A stretch of DNA of 64,000 bases from an uncultured Actinomycetota bacterium (GCA_963726755.1 CAVSDB010000001.1:429127-493126), one strand, 5' to 3'. Counted from the first letter of the stretch, positions 1 to 10,913 are shown. Numbers and translations: made by a program. The notes: generated from the letters alone by a model not told the origin.

Positions 1-561
1 CAGGGCTAGTTGCGATCCGGGAGGCAGCGATTCGAATACGGCTGTCAAAACCACAGCGGCTCGAACTCCGGCCATTTCGTGAACGTCGTCGACGACCAAT
101 GTCACGGGTCGGTCGACTTGTTCGAGGGAGCGTTGGAACTGCGGTAACACTCGTCGAGAGAAGGCGGGCTCGTCGGAGGTCAACGTTCCCGGCGGTGGGA
201 CGACTTGGGCTCCGGACGCGCTGAGTGCCGCCAGCACCGTCGACATCAATACGACAGTGTCTGCGTCGGTGTCCGTGACGGTTGCCCAAGCCACCGGACG
301 ACCTGCGTCGGCTGCCCATTGCGAGATCAGCACGGTTTTCCCGAATCCGGCCGGTGCCAACACCAGGACCAACTCCGACCGGTTACGCGACAAATCGGCG
401 AGCAGCCGATTTCTGCGAATCTGCCCGAGCCGGGCGGCAGGTGGTCGAACCTTGGATCCAGGAGTGACGACAGGACCGCCAAGACCGGGGTTGCCGTCCT
501 GCCTTGAAGGCAGGGCAGCCGATGGCTGATCCACGTGGGCATCGTATGAGGTGTTCCCCAC
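1..561 (-). CDS. LuxR/LAL-type (MalT-like ATPase) transcriptional regulator, N-terminal part; gene continues beyond the window start
   Basis: Reverse-strand translation gives ...RPPAARLGQIRRNRLLADLSRNRSELVLVLAPAGFGKTVLISQWAADAGRPVAWATV... This is the P-loop (GFGKT) N-terminus typical of large ATP-binding LuxR regulators. The frame stays open to position 1. A candidate GTG start lies near 559-561. Confidence 0.5.
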   Translation of the reverse strand, partial: MGNTSYDAHVDQPSAALPSRQDGNPGLGGPVVTPGSKVRPPAARLGQIRRNRLLADLSRNRSELVLVLAPAGFGKTVLISQWAADAGRPVAWATVTDTDADTVVLMSTVLAALSASGAQVVPPPGTLTSDEPAFSRRVLPQFQRSLEQVDRPVTLVVDDVHEMAGVRAAVVLTAVFESLPPGSQLAL

Positions 562-638
562 CTTGCCCTGCGCAGGACCAAACCGACAGGATCTATCCGC
601 TAGATCAGATCTGGTGCTCACCGGATGAAGGGCTCGTC

Positions 639-1322
639 GTGGCGCAGGTGACCCAAGATTTGCTTCCCTTGGCGCTAGGGGTAGCCCTGTCGCCGATTCC
701 CATCATCGCCGTCATCATCATGCTGTTGTCGGCGCGGGCTCGTGCGACGAGTTGGGGATTCCTGCTCGGCTGGCTGTTGGGGATCTCGGTGACCTGCTTG
801 GTCTTCGTTGTCGTTGGTCATGTCCTGCACGTCGAGCACGGCAGCGCATTGTCGAAGGTCGCGGCCATCTTGGTTCGTTCTTCTTGGCTGTGCTTGGCTG
901 CTTGCTCGCCGCGCGGACGTGGCGACGGCGACCGCGTGAGGGGCAAGCGGCGGACGTTGCCGGTGTGGCTAGCGACGGCCGACCGACTCAGCGTTGGCAG
1001 GGCGGCAGCGTTAGGGGTGTTGTTGTCTGCCGCCAATCCGAAGAACCTGGTGCTGTGTCAGTCTGCGGGTACGACGATCGCGGGTGCTGACCTCGACTTC
1101 GGCGCAGGATCCTCTGGGCAGTTTGGTTGTTCACCGTTGCTCGCAGCTTCGACACGTTGGCTGTTCCGGTACTGGCGTATGCGGTGGCTAGGCAGCGGGC
1201 AGCAGGACCCACTCGACCGGTTCAGGGGCTGGCTGATCGCCCAAGCGAACGTGGTGACGACGGTGCTGCTGCTGGTGATCGCCGTGGTTCTGATCGTCAG
1301 GGGTGCCAAAGGATTGGCGTGA
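639..1322 (+). CDS. GAP-family integral membrane protein
   Basis: ORF 504-1322. The hydrophobic N-terminus (LLPLALGVALSPIPIIAVIIMLLSARA) and the ANPKNLVL and C-terminal ...LDRFRGWLIAQANVVTTVLLLVIAVVLIVRG motifs match GAP-family proteins. The start was set at the GTG at 639. Confidence 0.45.
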   Translation: MAQVTQDLLPLALGVALSPIPIIAVIIMLLSARARATSWGFLLGWLLGISVTCLVFVVVGHVLHVEHGSALSKVAAILVRSSWLCLAACSPRGRGDGDRVRGKRRTLPVWLATADRLSVGRAAALGVLLSAANPKNLVLCQSAGTTIAGADLDFGAGSSGQFGCSPLLAASTRWLFRYWRMRWLGSGQQDPLDRFRGWLIAQANVVTTVLLLVIAVVLIVRGAKGLA

Positions 1323-1394
1323 CGCGGTCCTGACAGATCCAGGTGGGGCTACCCTCGTGTCTGGAGTGGGACTTCGCATCCAAGTTGAAGGGGA

Positions 1395-1717
1395 TTGACG
1401 ATGGACCCCACGAGCAAGCCGACGGTGTTGGTTGTCTACTTCAACTTGTCAAAACAATCTGGTCGAGTTGCGGCCGGGATGGCACGAAGCCTCGAGGTCG
1501 CTGGCTGTGAAGCTGCTCAAGCTTTCATCGAGTTCACCGACGAACGATGGGTACCAAAGCTCTCGCTCCCGATGAAGCACCAAGTGCCGCAGATCGCGTC
1601 GATTCTCTTCGCGCAGGTTCGTCACAAAACTGGAGAAGTTCAGATCCCGGCCCAGGCAAAGTCGGGGGATCGATATCGGACAGTTTCTGGAGGTGCAGAG
1701 TGGCCGCTCCGAAGGGG
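1395..1717 (+). CDS. short ORF, possibly the remnant N-terminus of a flavodoxin-like protein (MTMDPTSKPTVLVVYFNLSKQSGRVAAGMARSLEVAG...)
   Basis: ORF 1395-1832 overlaps the formylglycine-generating-enzyme start. Only the first ~100 codons look protein-like. GC is locally lower than the surrounding sequence. Confidence 0.15.
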
Positions 1718-2626
1718 ATGGCCCTGGTGTCAGGCGGCAGATTCCGAATGGGCAGCGAGCAGTTCTACCCAGAGGAGCAACCGGTCGTCGATGTCGAGGT
1801 GGCTGACCTGTACGTCGACGAGCACCCGGTAACTAACGCGGAGTTTCGTCGATTCGTTAAGGCGACGAAACACGTGACGGTCGCAGAGCAAGACCCAGAC
1901 CCGGCTGACTTTCCGGGGGGTGACGTAAGTGGCTTGGTCCCCGGTTCGTTGGTTTTCACTCCCACCCCCGGTCCGGTGCCTCTAGACGACTGGACGCGTT
2001 GGTGGCGGTTTGTTGCCGATGCGAATTGGCGCCACCCGAGGGGACCAGACAGCACACTCGACGGACTAGATCGACATCCGGTCGTCCACGTGGCGTTCGA
2101 GGACGCTGTGGCGTATGCGAAGTGGATCGGCAAGCGGTTGCCGACCGAGGCCGAGTGGGAGTACGCGGCGCGTGGGGGGCTCGACGAGGCGACCTACGCG
2201 TGGGGTGACGACTTCATGCCGCGAAACAAGTCGATGGCGAATACGTGGCAGGGGCAGTTTCCCTGGGAGAACTTACGCAGCAATGGGCCAAGTTGGACGA
2301 CTCCTGTCGGGTCGTACCCGCCGAACGGTTATGGACTCGACGACGTCACTGGCAACGTCTGGGAGTGGACGTCGAGCGAGTGGTCCCCTGATCACACGAG
2401 CGTCGAGGTTGTCGAAGAAAAGCCTGCGCAGTCCTGCTGCGCGCCAACTGCTTCCATCGGTTCTCAGCGAAGAGACACGGCAGGTGATGAAGGGTGGGTC
2501 GCACCTTTGTGCACCTTCGTACTGCCTACGTTATCGACCGGCCGCGCGCCAGGGGCAGACGGTCCGGAGTTCAACCAGCCACCTGGGGTTTCGACTTGTT
2601 GCCGATGTGGTGGAATTCGGATGATC
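1718..2626 (+). CDS. formylglycine-generating enzyme (sulfatase-modifying factor family), reading frame broken by a 1-nt indel near 2485-2495
   Basis: [18 protein letters not shown]...[12 protein letters not shown]...[15 protein letters not shown]...NTWQGQFP...GNVWEWT in frame 2 continues as ...[21 protein letters not shown]...TSHLGFRLV in frame 0. The whole gene is collinear with mycobacterial FGE. Confidence 0.85.
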
Positions 2627-2979
2627 GGGTCAGGCGCCAAGTCCCGCTTCGGCCGATGTGCTATCGCGTTGCCCAGGGTTCTCTAACCTTGGGTTGACGA
2701 TCCGGCGCCAGTCGAGTCGTCGTTCGGCGGCCTCGGCTTGAGGTCTCCGAACTCTCCTTCGATGCGCTTGACGCCATCGGTGCCCATTCCCGCAAGCTCC
2801 CGCTCGCCGACTCCCTCTTGCGTTCCTGGGTTGTCCTCGCCACTTGGTGCCGGAACGATCTCTTCTTCGCTCAAGGGGTATTCCTCTTGGAAGAACATCA
2901 TGACTACGCCGGAGACGAATCTCCAGTGACCATAACTCCAGGCCGCGGGGCTTGCCAGTTCGCCGCTAGCGTGGGTGGA

Positions 2980-5489
2980 ATGCACACTCGACCGCTGACG
3001 CGTGATGAGGCACAAGCACAGAGCTCGACTCATCACTGTCGACAGTTACGACATCACGATCGACCTCACGGGTTGCGACGACGGTCTGCCTACGTTTGGT
3101 ACCACGTCACGCATTCTGTTCTCGAGTGCCGAAGTCGGCGCCGAGACGTTCGCGGAGTTCCGTAGTACTGAGCCAGCGACGGCAACGCTTAATGGGCGCG
3201 AGGTCCCAGTTGTCGACGGTCGCATCGTGCTCGACGACCTGGCTGACACCAACGAACTCGTAGTACACGGACGTGGCGACTATTCGACGTCCGGTGAGGG
3301 ACTGCATCGCGCAGTTGACCCGGCTGATGATGCTGTCTACGTCTACAGCATGTGCTTCTTGCACGATGCCTCACGAGTCTTCGCCTGCTTTGACCAACCG
3401 GACCTCAAAGCAGTCTTCCGCCTGACGATCAGTGCTCCGTCAAGCTGGACAGTCATCTCCAACGCACCAGCCAACGGCGACGGGACGTTTGCACCGACCC
3501 CAAAGCTGCCGACGTACCTCGTGGCTTTGGCCGCGGGACCGTACGCGTCGGTGCATGGAACGTGGACGCCCCCTGGCGGTGGCCCGGACGTCCCACTCGG
3601 CGTGTACGGCCGACAGTCACTTGCTCCGCTACCTTGAGCCGGACATCTTGGAGACGACCAAGGCAGGGCTCGAGTTCTTCACGTCGCAGTTCGGTATCGC
3701 GTTCCCGTTCGCAAAGTTCGACCAACTGTTTGCACCGGAGTTCAACGCGGGTGCGATGGAGAACGCCGGTCTGGTCATACATATGGACGAGTTGCTGTTT
3801 CGAAGTGTCGTCACTGAGTCTGAGCGTGAAACGCGCGCAAACATCGTGCTGCACGAAATGGCGCACATGTGGTTCGGCGACCTAGTGACGATGCGCTGGT
3901 GGGATGACCTCTGGCTCAACGAAGCTTTCGCAACCTACTGCTCCTACCTTGCAACGGCGGAGATCACCGAGTTCACCCAGGCTTGGACCAGTTTCTGCGT
4001 CAACGAGAAGTCCCGCGGCCGCGCCGGCGATGCGCGTCCGTCCAGTCACCCGGTGTCGGGGGACGTGGTCGATACCGACGCAGCGCTGCTCAACTTCGAC
4101 GCGATCAGCTACAACAAAGGTGCGAGTCTGTTGCAGCAGTTGGCCGAGAAGGTCGGACGCGATGCCTTCTTCGCCGGTGTACGCCACTACTTCACCGAAC
4201 ATGCTTGGGGGAACACCGATCTGCAGGACTTGTTGACCGCATTGGCGCGCGCAAGTGAGGTCTCGCTCGACGGTTGGTCCGACCGATACCTCAAGACGAC
4301 CGGCTGCCCGACGATCGTGGCCGAGGTGTCGGTTGACGCTGCGACTGGATTGATCACCAACTTGGACGTGGTGCAGCGCAACGTCGTGACCGACCAACAG
4401 GTCGGCGTTGGTCTGTACCGATCCGAATCCGGCAGTCTCACTCGGGTGGCTCGTCATGACTTCGCGTTGACCGGTGAACGGACGCACATGACCACCGCTG
4501 TTGGGCTGTCGGCGCCTGACGTGGTGTTGCTCAATGACGGTGACGGGGCGTACGCGTCGATGGAGTTGGATCAGGTTTCCCTGGCGAACGTCATGATGTC
4601 AGGGGTCAGCGCTTTCGATGAATCACTGCCGCGCGCGCTCGTGTGGGGCTCGTTGTGGGACATGACGTTGAGTGGTGAGCTGGCAGCGGCTGAATTCATC
4701 GAAGAAGTGGCGCGTGCCTTGCCCGGCGAGAGTCACGTCCCGGTGATTGAGCAGTTGCTCGAGCGCGCTCACATTGCCTCCGAGCAGTTCGTGGCGCCGA
4801 GCGACACGGCGGCATTGCGAATACAACTCGGGGAGGCATGCACGGCAGCGGGTCGAGGCACAGTACCCGGATCGGGAAGGCAACTGGCGCTCATGCAGGG
4901 TGAGGCTGCCTTCGCGACCTCCCCTGAACAGTTGCAGCGAATCGGGGATCTGTTGGACGGCCCGTCAGACCGTAATGGCCTGATGATCGACGCAGACTTG
5001 CGCTGGCGTTTGCTGCATCGGCTCGTGGCCACCGGGCTTCGTGCGGTCGAGGACATCGAGGCTGAGTTCTCCCGTGACTCCACCGCGTTTGGTCGTCACC
5101 GCGCGGACCGAGCCAAGGCAGCGGTTCCGAGCGCTGACGCGAAGGAGCGGGCATGGGCGGCCGCCATCGGTAGTGCATCGGGCAGCACTAACCGAACCGT
5201 GCGCGAGGCGTGTCTCGGGTTCTGGCAATGGAATCAACGAGAACTGTGCAGTCCCTACGTCAGCCGATACTTCGACGCACTTGACGACGTCTGGCGAGAA
5301 CGGGACACCGAGATTGCACACCAGATGACGGGCGAACTGTTCCCGGCGGGTTTCGTCGACGAGACAACCAGGGATCTCGTTGACCGCTACCTCACGCGAA
5401 CCGATCTGCCTGCGGGGCAGCGCCGAATTCTCGCGGACGCGCGGTTTGATCTAGTGCGAGGTCTCGACGCTCGGAACCGCAGGCGTTGA
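2980..5489 (+). CDS. pepN: aminopeptidase N (M1 family), two apparent 1-nt frameshifts (about 3010 and about 3627)
   Basis: GAMEN motif and HEMAHMWFGDLVTMRWWDDLWLNEAFATY zinc site. The N-terminus MHTRPLTRDEAQA.. (ATG 2980) shifts into ..RARLITVDSYDITIDL.. Frame 2 stops at 3637, and frame 0 continues with ..RYLEPDILETTKAGLEFF.. Removing one base at about 3627 restores QSLA-RYLEPDIL. Confidence 0.9.
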
Positions 5490-6483
5490 CGGTTCCGGTG
5501 GTGTCGTAACCCGCGCTCGGAACACCCAGTACGACCAGCCTTGGTAAATCAACACGATTGGGGTCATGACGAGTGCGACGACTCGTCATGACCTTCAACG
5601 CGTAGTCGCCCGAAGCGGTACCGGCCACCGTGAGGTTGTTGGCGGTGGTCGTCGAAGAGACCATGACGTTGGGATACAAGTTGGCGAAGAGTGCAGCAAC
5701 CGTGCCGCCGATCGTGACGGCGGTAGCCGCGAACGACCAGCCGTCGCGCCCTGTCCGGATCAAGATCGCAGCCGCCACCGCAGCGACCGCGGGAACCGCA
5801 GCAGCCAAAATGCGCCAGAATCCGCCGTCCGAGATCGACACGGTCCAGGCCGCGTAGCCGACGACCATTAGCACCGCCGGCCAAGCCAACTTCGCGGCGA
5901 GGCCGCGTGCTCGTTCGCGAACTGTTCCGGACGTCTTCAAGCCCAAGAACGTCGAGCCGTGCAGCAGGCACAACACGAGCAGAGTCACTCCGACCCACAG
6001 ACCGTAGGGAGTCAGCAGGTCAATGAACGAACCGGTGAACTCATCGGACGAATCGATGGGCAGCCCGGCTAGCAGATCGCCGAGTGCAACTCCCAGCAGC
6101 AGCGGTACCAGGATCGAGCCGACGGTGAGCGTCCAACTCCACGTCCCGCGCCAACGATCGGTATCAACCCTGGCGCGCCATTCGAACGACACACCACGAA
6201 GGATCAGCGCGAACAGGACCAGCAGCAGAGCGAGGTAGCCAGCTGAAAACCACGTGGCGTACCAACTGGGGAACGCCGCGAAGATCGCTGCACCGCCAAC
6301 GATCAGCCACACTTCGTTGCCGTCCCAGACCGGACCGATCGCGTTGATGGCGACTCGTTTTTCGACGTCGGTGCGACCGACGGCTTTGTGCAACGCGCCG
6401 ACACCGAAGTCGAATCCTTCGAGAACGAAGAAGCCAGTCCAGAAGATCGCAACGATGACGAACCAGAGGATCTGAAGATTCAT
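5392..6483 (-). CDS. cydB: cytochrome bd ubiquinol oxidase subunit II. The C-terminus is altered by a 22-bp palindromic insertion; the native stop would be at about 5461.
   Basis: MNLQILWFVIVAIFWTGFFVLEGFDFGVGAL... is typical CydB. After ..ALKVMT the ORF reads non-CydB sequence. Deleting 5571-5592 restores KVMTPIVLIYQGWSYWVFRARV, the canonical CydB C-terminus. Confidence 0.85.
   Translation of the reverse strand: MNLQILWFVIVAIFWTGFFVLEGFDFGVGALHKAVGRTDVEKRVAINAIGPVWDGNEVWLIVGGAAIFAAFPSWYATWFSAGYLALLLVLFALILRGVSFEWRARVDTDRWRGTWSWTLTVGSILVPLLLGVALGDLLAGLPIDSSDEFTGSFIDLLTPYGLWVGVTLLVLCLLHGSTFLGLKTSGTVRERARGLAAKLAWPAVLMVVGYAAWTVSISDGGFWRILAAAVPAVAAVAAAILIRTGRDGWSFAATAVTIGGTVAALFANLYPNVMVSSTTTANNLTVAGTASGDYALKVMTSRRTRHDPNRVDLPRLVVLGVPSAGYDTTGTVNACGSERRDLALDQTARPREFGAAPQADRFA
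5563..5592. repeat. 30-bp perfect hairpin element (12-bp inverted arms gtcatgacgagt / actcgtcatgac around gcgacg). Equivalent to a 22-bp insertion flanked by the palindromic octamer GTCATGAC, inside the 3' end of cydB.
   Basis: Seen directly. In-silico removal of 5571-5592 restores the canonical CydB C-terminus. Confidence 0.7.
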
Positions 6484-6492
6484 GGCGTCACC

Positions 6493-7914
6493 TCAGTACG
6501 TCAGGACGGGGGCTTGGGGCGATGAAGAATCGCCGTCGCTGGGTTTGTCAGGTACGTCATGTTCGAGCTCAAGTCCGCGGCGGGCATAGCGAGTCATCAA
6601 GAATGCCCAGACGGCGCCCAAGATGAGGTACAGGATCCAGAATGAGACGAGACTGATGCCCACCTCGGTGAGACTGACCGACGGTGAGTTGCCGTCCTCT
6701 GTGCGGAGCAACCCCTGAACCACCCACGGCTGTCGGCCGTTCTCTGTCAGTAGCCAACCTGCGGTATTCATGATGAACGGAGCGAAAACTGCCCAGGTGG
6801 CAACCCAGAGGAACACTCGGGATGACTCAAGCCGTCGTTTACGCCACAGCCACAGACCCCACAGCGCGAGCAGTGGCAAAACCGACCCGATGTACGCCAT
6901 CACCCGCATCGACCAGTACTGGATGAAGAGATTAGGGATGTAGTCACCGGGTCCATATTGCTTTTCGTACTGCGATTGAAGTTCGTTGATCCCCACCACC
7001 TGGCCGTTCCACGATCCAGTCGCCAGTATCGAGAGCAGGTGAGGTATCTCGATAATCTTGATTGGGTCCTCGTCGCTGCTTGTCCATCCTCCGAGCTGTG
7101 CCGCAGAGAAGGAGCACGGGGCGCAGGTCTCCCATTGCGCTTCCATTGCGGCGACCTTCATGGGTTGATACTTGGTCTCGATGACGCCAAGGTGACTGCC
7201 GACCATGAGCACAAGCATCGAGACCGGAACCATAAAGGCCAGCGCCAGTTTCGCGGTGCGCACGAACAGTTCTGGGTTGCTCTTCTTGCGCAGATGCCAC
7301 GCAGACACCGAGAGCATGACCAGGCTTCCGGTCAGCAGTGACGCCAAGATGACGTGGATGTAGCCCCAGACGAATACCGGGTTGGTGAATAGCGCGCCTA
7401 TTGACGTGAGTTCAGGCCGTCCGGTCGTCGCGTTGATTTCGTAGCCCACCGGATGTTGCATCCATGAGTTCGCGGCCATGATGAACGCTGCCGAGAGCGC
7501 AGCACCGAAGGCAACCGCCCAAACGCATGCAAGGTGCACCTTCTTGGGCAGGATGTTCCAACCGAACAACCACAGCCCTAAGAACGTCGACTCAAGGAAG
7601 AACGCGGCCAGACCCTCCATGGCCAGGGGAGCGCCGAAGACGTCACCGACGAAACGCGAGTACGCCGACCAGTTCATGCCGAACTCAAACTCTTGAACAA
7701 GTCCGGTGACGACGCCGATGGCGATGTTGATGACGAGCAAGGTTCCGAAGAATCGAGTCAGTCTGCGTAAGTCCGGATCATTCTTCCGGTACCACATCGT
7801 GTGCAGCGTCGCGACGAGGAAGGCCAGCCCGATCGTCACTGGGACGAAGAAGAAGTGATAGATCGTCGTGGTAGCGAACTGAAGCCTCGACAGGTCCAGT
7901 TGGGTGATGTCCAC
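6493..7914 (-). CDS. cydA: cytochrome bd ubiquinol oxidase subunit I
   Basis: 473 aa. MDITQLDLSRLQFATTTIYHFFFVPVTIGL... and a Q-loop region. It lies immediately upstream of cydB on the same strand. Confidence 0.9.
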   Translation of the reverse strand: MDITQLDLSRLQFATTTIYHFFFVPVTIGLAFLVATLHTMWYRKNDPDLRRLTRFFGTLLVINIAIGVVTGLVQEFEFGMNWSAYSRFVGDVFGAPLAMEGLAAFFLESTFLGLWLFGWNILPKKVHLACVWAVAFGAALSAAFIMAANSWMQHPVGYEINATTGRPELTSIGALFTNPVFVWGYIHVILASLLTGSLVMLSVSAWHLRKKSNPELFVRTAKLALAFMVPVSMLVLMVGSHLGVIETKYQPMKVAAMEAQWETCAPCSFSAAQLGGWTSSDEDPIKIIEIPHLLSILATGSWNGQVVGINELQSQYEKQYGPGDYIPNLFIQYWSMRVMAYIGSVLPLLALWGLWLWRKRRLESSRVFLWVATWAVFAPFIMNTAGWLLTENGRQPWVVQGLLRTEDGNSPSVSLTEVGISLVSFWILYLILGAVWAFLMTRYARRGLELEHDVPDKPSDGDSSSPQAPVLTY

Positions 7915-8029
7915 GCTGCCTCCAGATCGGCTACCGGCCTCCGACGGAGCCTAGACCGCAGGAGGAGATGCATGCCGATACTCCTGCATCGGTGCCGTGG
8001 CGTCGGTGGTGGCTGGTTAGGATCCAGCC

Positions 8030-9665
8030 ATGATTGAAAGCATCCGGACCAAGGCCCTATGGGCTGTGATTGTTCTTGCCCTTCTCGTGATCCCGTTGGC
8101 GGTCCTGATCCGCCCGACGTGGTGGCTGCTGGAAATCATCTTCGTCCCGTTGGTCGTGCTTGGGATCTACGACTACTTTCAGCCAAAGCACAGCATCCTG
8201 CGCAACTACCCCTTGGCCGGACGGCTGCGCTTCCTTCTCGAGGGCATGGGTCCAGAGCTTCACCAGTACCTGGTTGAGAAGAACACCGATGGTCGGCCGT
8301 TCGACCGAGACACTCGTTCAGTCATTTACGAGCGTGCAAAGAACGTCGGAGACAAGAAGCCTTTCGGTACCGAGCTTGATGTGTACGAGTCCGGTTACAC
8401 CTGGTTGAGTCACTCGATCGCGCCACGACCCATGGTGGCTGACCCCGAGAATGACCTGCGGGTAACGGTAGGTGGGCCGCTCTGCACCCAGCCTTACGAC
8501 GCATCGATTTTGAACATTTCGGCCATGAGTTTCGGCGCCCTCGGTCAAGCGGCGGTGCGGGCGATGAACATCGGAGCCAAGAAGGGCGGCTTCGCCCACG
8601 ACACCGGTGAGGGCGGACTGTCGCAGCTACCACAAGGAAAACGGCGGCGACCTCATCTGGCAAATCGGTACCGGATACTTCGGTTGCCGCAACAACGACG
8701 GGGACTTCGACCCCGAGGCGTTCAAGAAGAACGCGACGCTGCCGCAAGTGAAGATGATTGAGATTAAGGTGTCGCAAGGCGCCAAGCCCGGCCACGGGGG
8801 CATCCTGCCAGCTGCGAAAGTGACGCCCGAGATCGCCGAAGCCCGGTTGGTTCCTGAAGGCAAAGACGTGTTCTCTCCGACGTATCACAAAGCGTTCTCG
8901 ACGCCGCTGGAGATGACGGCGTTCATCGCACAACTACGCGAACTTTCTGGTGGAAAGCCGGTCGGCTTCAAGCTTTGTGTGGGTGATCCACGCGAGTTCA
9001 TGGGCATCGTCAAAGCGATGATTCAGACCGGAATCTACGCAGACTTCATTGTCGTCGACGGTGGCGAGGGTGGCACCGGTGCTGCTCCGCTGGAGTTCTC
9101 CGACTCACTCGGCGCGCCGCTTGCCGAAGGCCTGATCGTGGTGCAAAACACACTGGTTGGTGCTGGCGTGCGCGACAAGTTCAAAATTGGCGCCAGCGGC
9201 AAGATGGTGACGGCCTCCGCCATGGCCCAGTCACTGGCGATGGGTGCCGATTGGTGCAACTCTGCGCGAGCCTTCATGTTCGCTGTTGGTTGCATTCAGT
9301 CTCAACGGTGTCACACAAACAAATGCCCGGTGGGTGTCACGACTCAGGACGCGAGCCTGCAACGCGCGCTGAACGTCATGGACAAGTCCGAGCGGGTGCA
9401 CCACTTCCACAAGAACACCGTTCATGCGCTGGCCGAGATGATCGCTGCCATGGGGCTAGATCACACCAACGAACTGCAACCCCATCACGTAGTCCGAAGA
9501 GTCGACTACTCGCGCGCGCTGTCTCTGGATGAGATCTACGACTTCGTTGACGAGGGGCAACTCGTTGAAGGAACCGCCCCCTCGCGATTCCAAGGCTTCT
9601 GGAACCAAGCTTCAGCTCAGTCGTTCCGACCCTGGTCGGCGTCAGAGAAGGCCCACGCCAGTTAG
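8030..9665 (+). CDS. FMN-binding glutamate synthase family protein (GltB domain-2-like, membrane-anchored), apparent 1-nt frameshift near 8622
   Basis: The N-terminal TM segment and ...FGALGQAAVRAMNIGAKKGGFAHDTGEGGLS are in frame 2. ...YHKENGGDLIWQIGTGYFGCR...GAKPGHGG...DFIVVDGGEGGTGAAP... is in frame 0. The two ORFs overlap 8607-8761. Confidence 0.8.
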
Positions 9666-9671
9666 CGAGTA

Positions 9672-10913
9672 TCAGTCGAAGACGTGACCGTGCTCGTAAC
9701 GTTCGTCAGCGCCCGCGGCTGCAGTTAGCGCGGCGACGTTGTCACGAGTGAAGAAGCCCTCGTAGCCGTGACACCGCTCGACGTATTCGGTGATCAGCAT
9801 TGAGTAAGCAGAGCTCTTGGAGAAGATCTGCTTGAGATTGGGATCGTCCTTGCACTCGCCGACGACATTCGCGAGGAACGGCGTGCCCATGTCAGCGAGC
9901 TGTCGAACGACGTAGTCGACATTCTTTTCATCGACCACATGCCCGTCGATTACGGCCATCGCGATGTGGTGCATGCGTCGACCAAAGTTGCGCACGAAGT
10001 CCTCGGTCGGCATCGGCAAGTTGTGGAAGGAGTTGACGACTGACGGTGTGTTGTTCGCCGTGAATACGCGGGCCGGTGACTTCTTGTCGTCGTCGACGTC
10101 TGGGTGCCGCGTGACGTTGGTCGAGGAGTTCATTTCGCTGATGTTGTACGCGCCCCAGAAGTAGTAGGGCACGACCGTGAGGTACTCCAGCAGGGCATCT
10201 TCGCGCTCGCCGGCGAGAATCCGAGTGGCCATGTGGTCGATCCCGAGGACAAGACCACTGATCCCGTGCTCCTCCTGAAGGGCAGCCGCACGATCGAGTT
10301 TTCCGCGCTCTTCGCTCGTCAGGTTCATTGACTCGCCTAAGCCAAGCACTTCGATGTCGTCAATGTCAGTGTCGATATACCCGACCCGGTTGTAGGTGAA
10401 GTCCGACATGAACGTGAAAGTCAGATGTTCGAGAGCGTAGAAACCGTTGACCGTGTCGCCCGGGTACGCGAATCGAATGTTCTGTGGTTCAAGCGTGTCT
10501 CGGACCGCCTTGGTCGACGTCGTGCTGTAGATCTCGCCGACGTAGCGCGCGTTTGGTTTGCGGCGCGCCAGGGGGTACAGCATGTTCCACCGTGTGAGGT
10601 TGTCCTCGTACGTCGCTGTGAGTGGTTCGAGTACGAACAGTCGTGGGAACTCGGGCTGGGACTGCAGGACGAACACCTTGTGTGTCTCAGTGAGCCAGGC
10701 GGACTGGAAGCGGTAGGGACCCATGCACGCGAGTTCGGCAAGGTAGTCGATGGCATCGCCATGCTCGATCTGTACGACGACACCGACCATGGTGCCGACG
10801 AGGTCATCGAGCCCGGACGACTTGCGGCGGTCGTAGACGCGGGGTAGGTACTCCTCAAAGAATTCGGAGTTCTTCTTGTCACCAAGGGGGGTGTAGTTGG
10901 TCAGATCCAGCAC
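9672..10913 (-). CDS. conserved protein with a C-terminal VOC/4-hydroxyphenylpyruvate-dioxygenase-like domain
   Basis: 413 aa. The C-terminal HHIAMAVIDGH...LKQIFSKS...GYEGFFTRDNVAALTAAA resembles the HPPD C-terminal signature. The N-terminal half is not recognisable. Confidence 0.4.
   Translation of the reverse strand: MLDLTNYTPLGDKKNSEFFEEYLPRVYDRRKSSGLDDLVGTMVGVVVQIEHGDAIDYLAELACMGPYRFQSAWLTETHKVFVLQSQPEFPRLFVLEPLTATYEDNLTRWNMLYPLARRKPNARYVGEIYSTTSTKAVRDTLEPQNIRFAYPGDTVNGFYALEHLTFTFMSDFTYNRVGYIDTDIDDIEVLGLGESMNLTSEERGKLDRAAALQEEHGISGLVLGIDHMATRILAGEREDALLEYLTVVPYYFWGAYNISEMNSSTNVTRHPDVDDDKKSPARVFTANNTPSVVNSFHNLPMPTEDFVRNFGRRMHHIAMAVIDGHVVDEKNVDYVVRQLADMGTPFLANVVGECKDDPNLKQIFSKSSAYSMLITEYVERCHGYEGFFTRDNVAALTAAAGADERYEHGHVFD

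Noticed and set aside
2683-3036. 117-aa minus-strand ORF between the formylglycine-generating enzyme and pepN
   Set aside because: Its 5' half overlaps the corrected pepN start (ATG 2980). Only the 3' portion (2683-2900) is free. It has no recognisable similarity and no RBS, so it is probably spurious.
3882-4487. 201-aa ORF on the minus strand inside pepN, plus many other 60-200 aa antisense or out-of-frame ORFs in the track (for example 11247-11795, 16108-16788, 38434-38844, 20517-21173)
   Set aside because: They lie antisense to, or overlap, strongly conserved genes. They are Arg/Pro/Ser-rich, as expected for spurious ORFs in high-GC DNA. They have no motifs.
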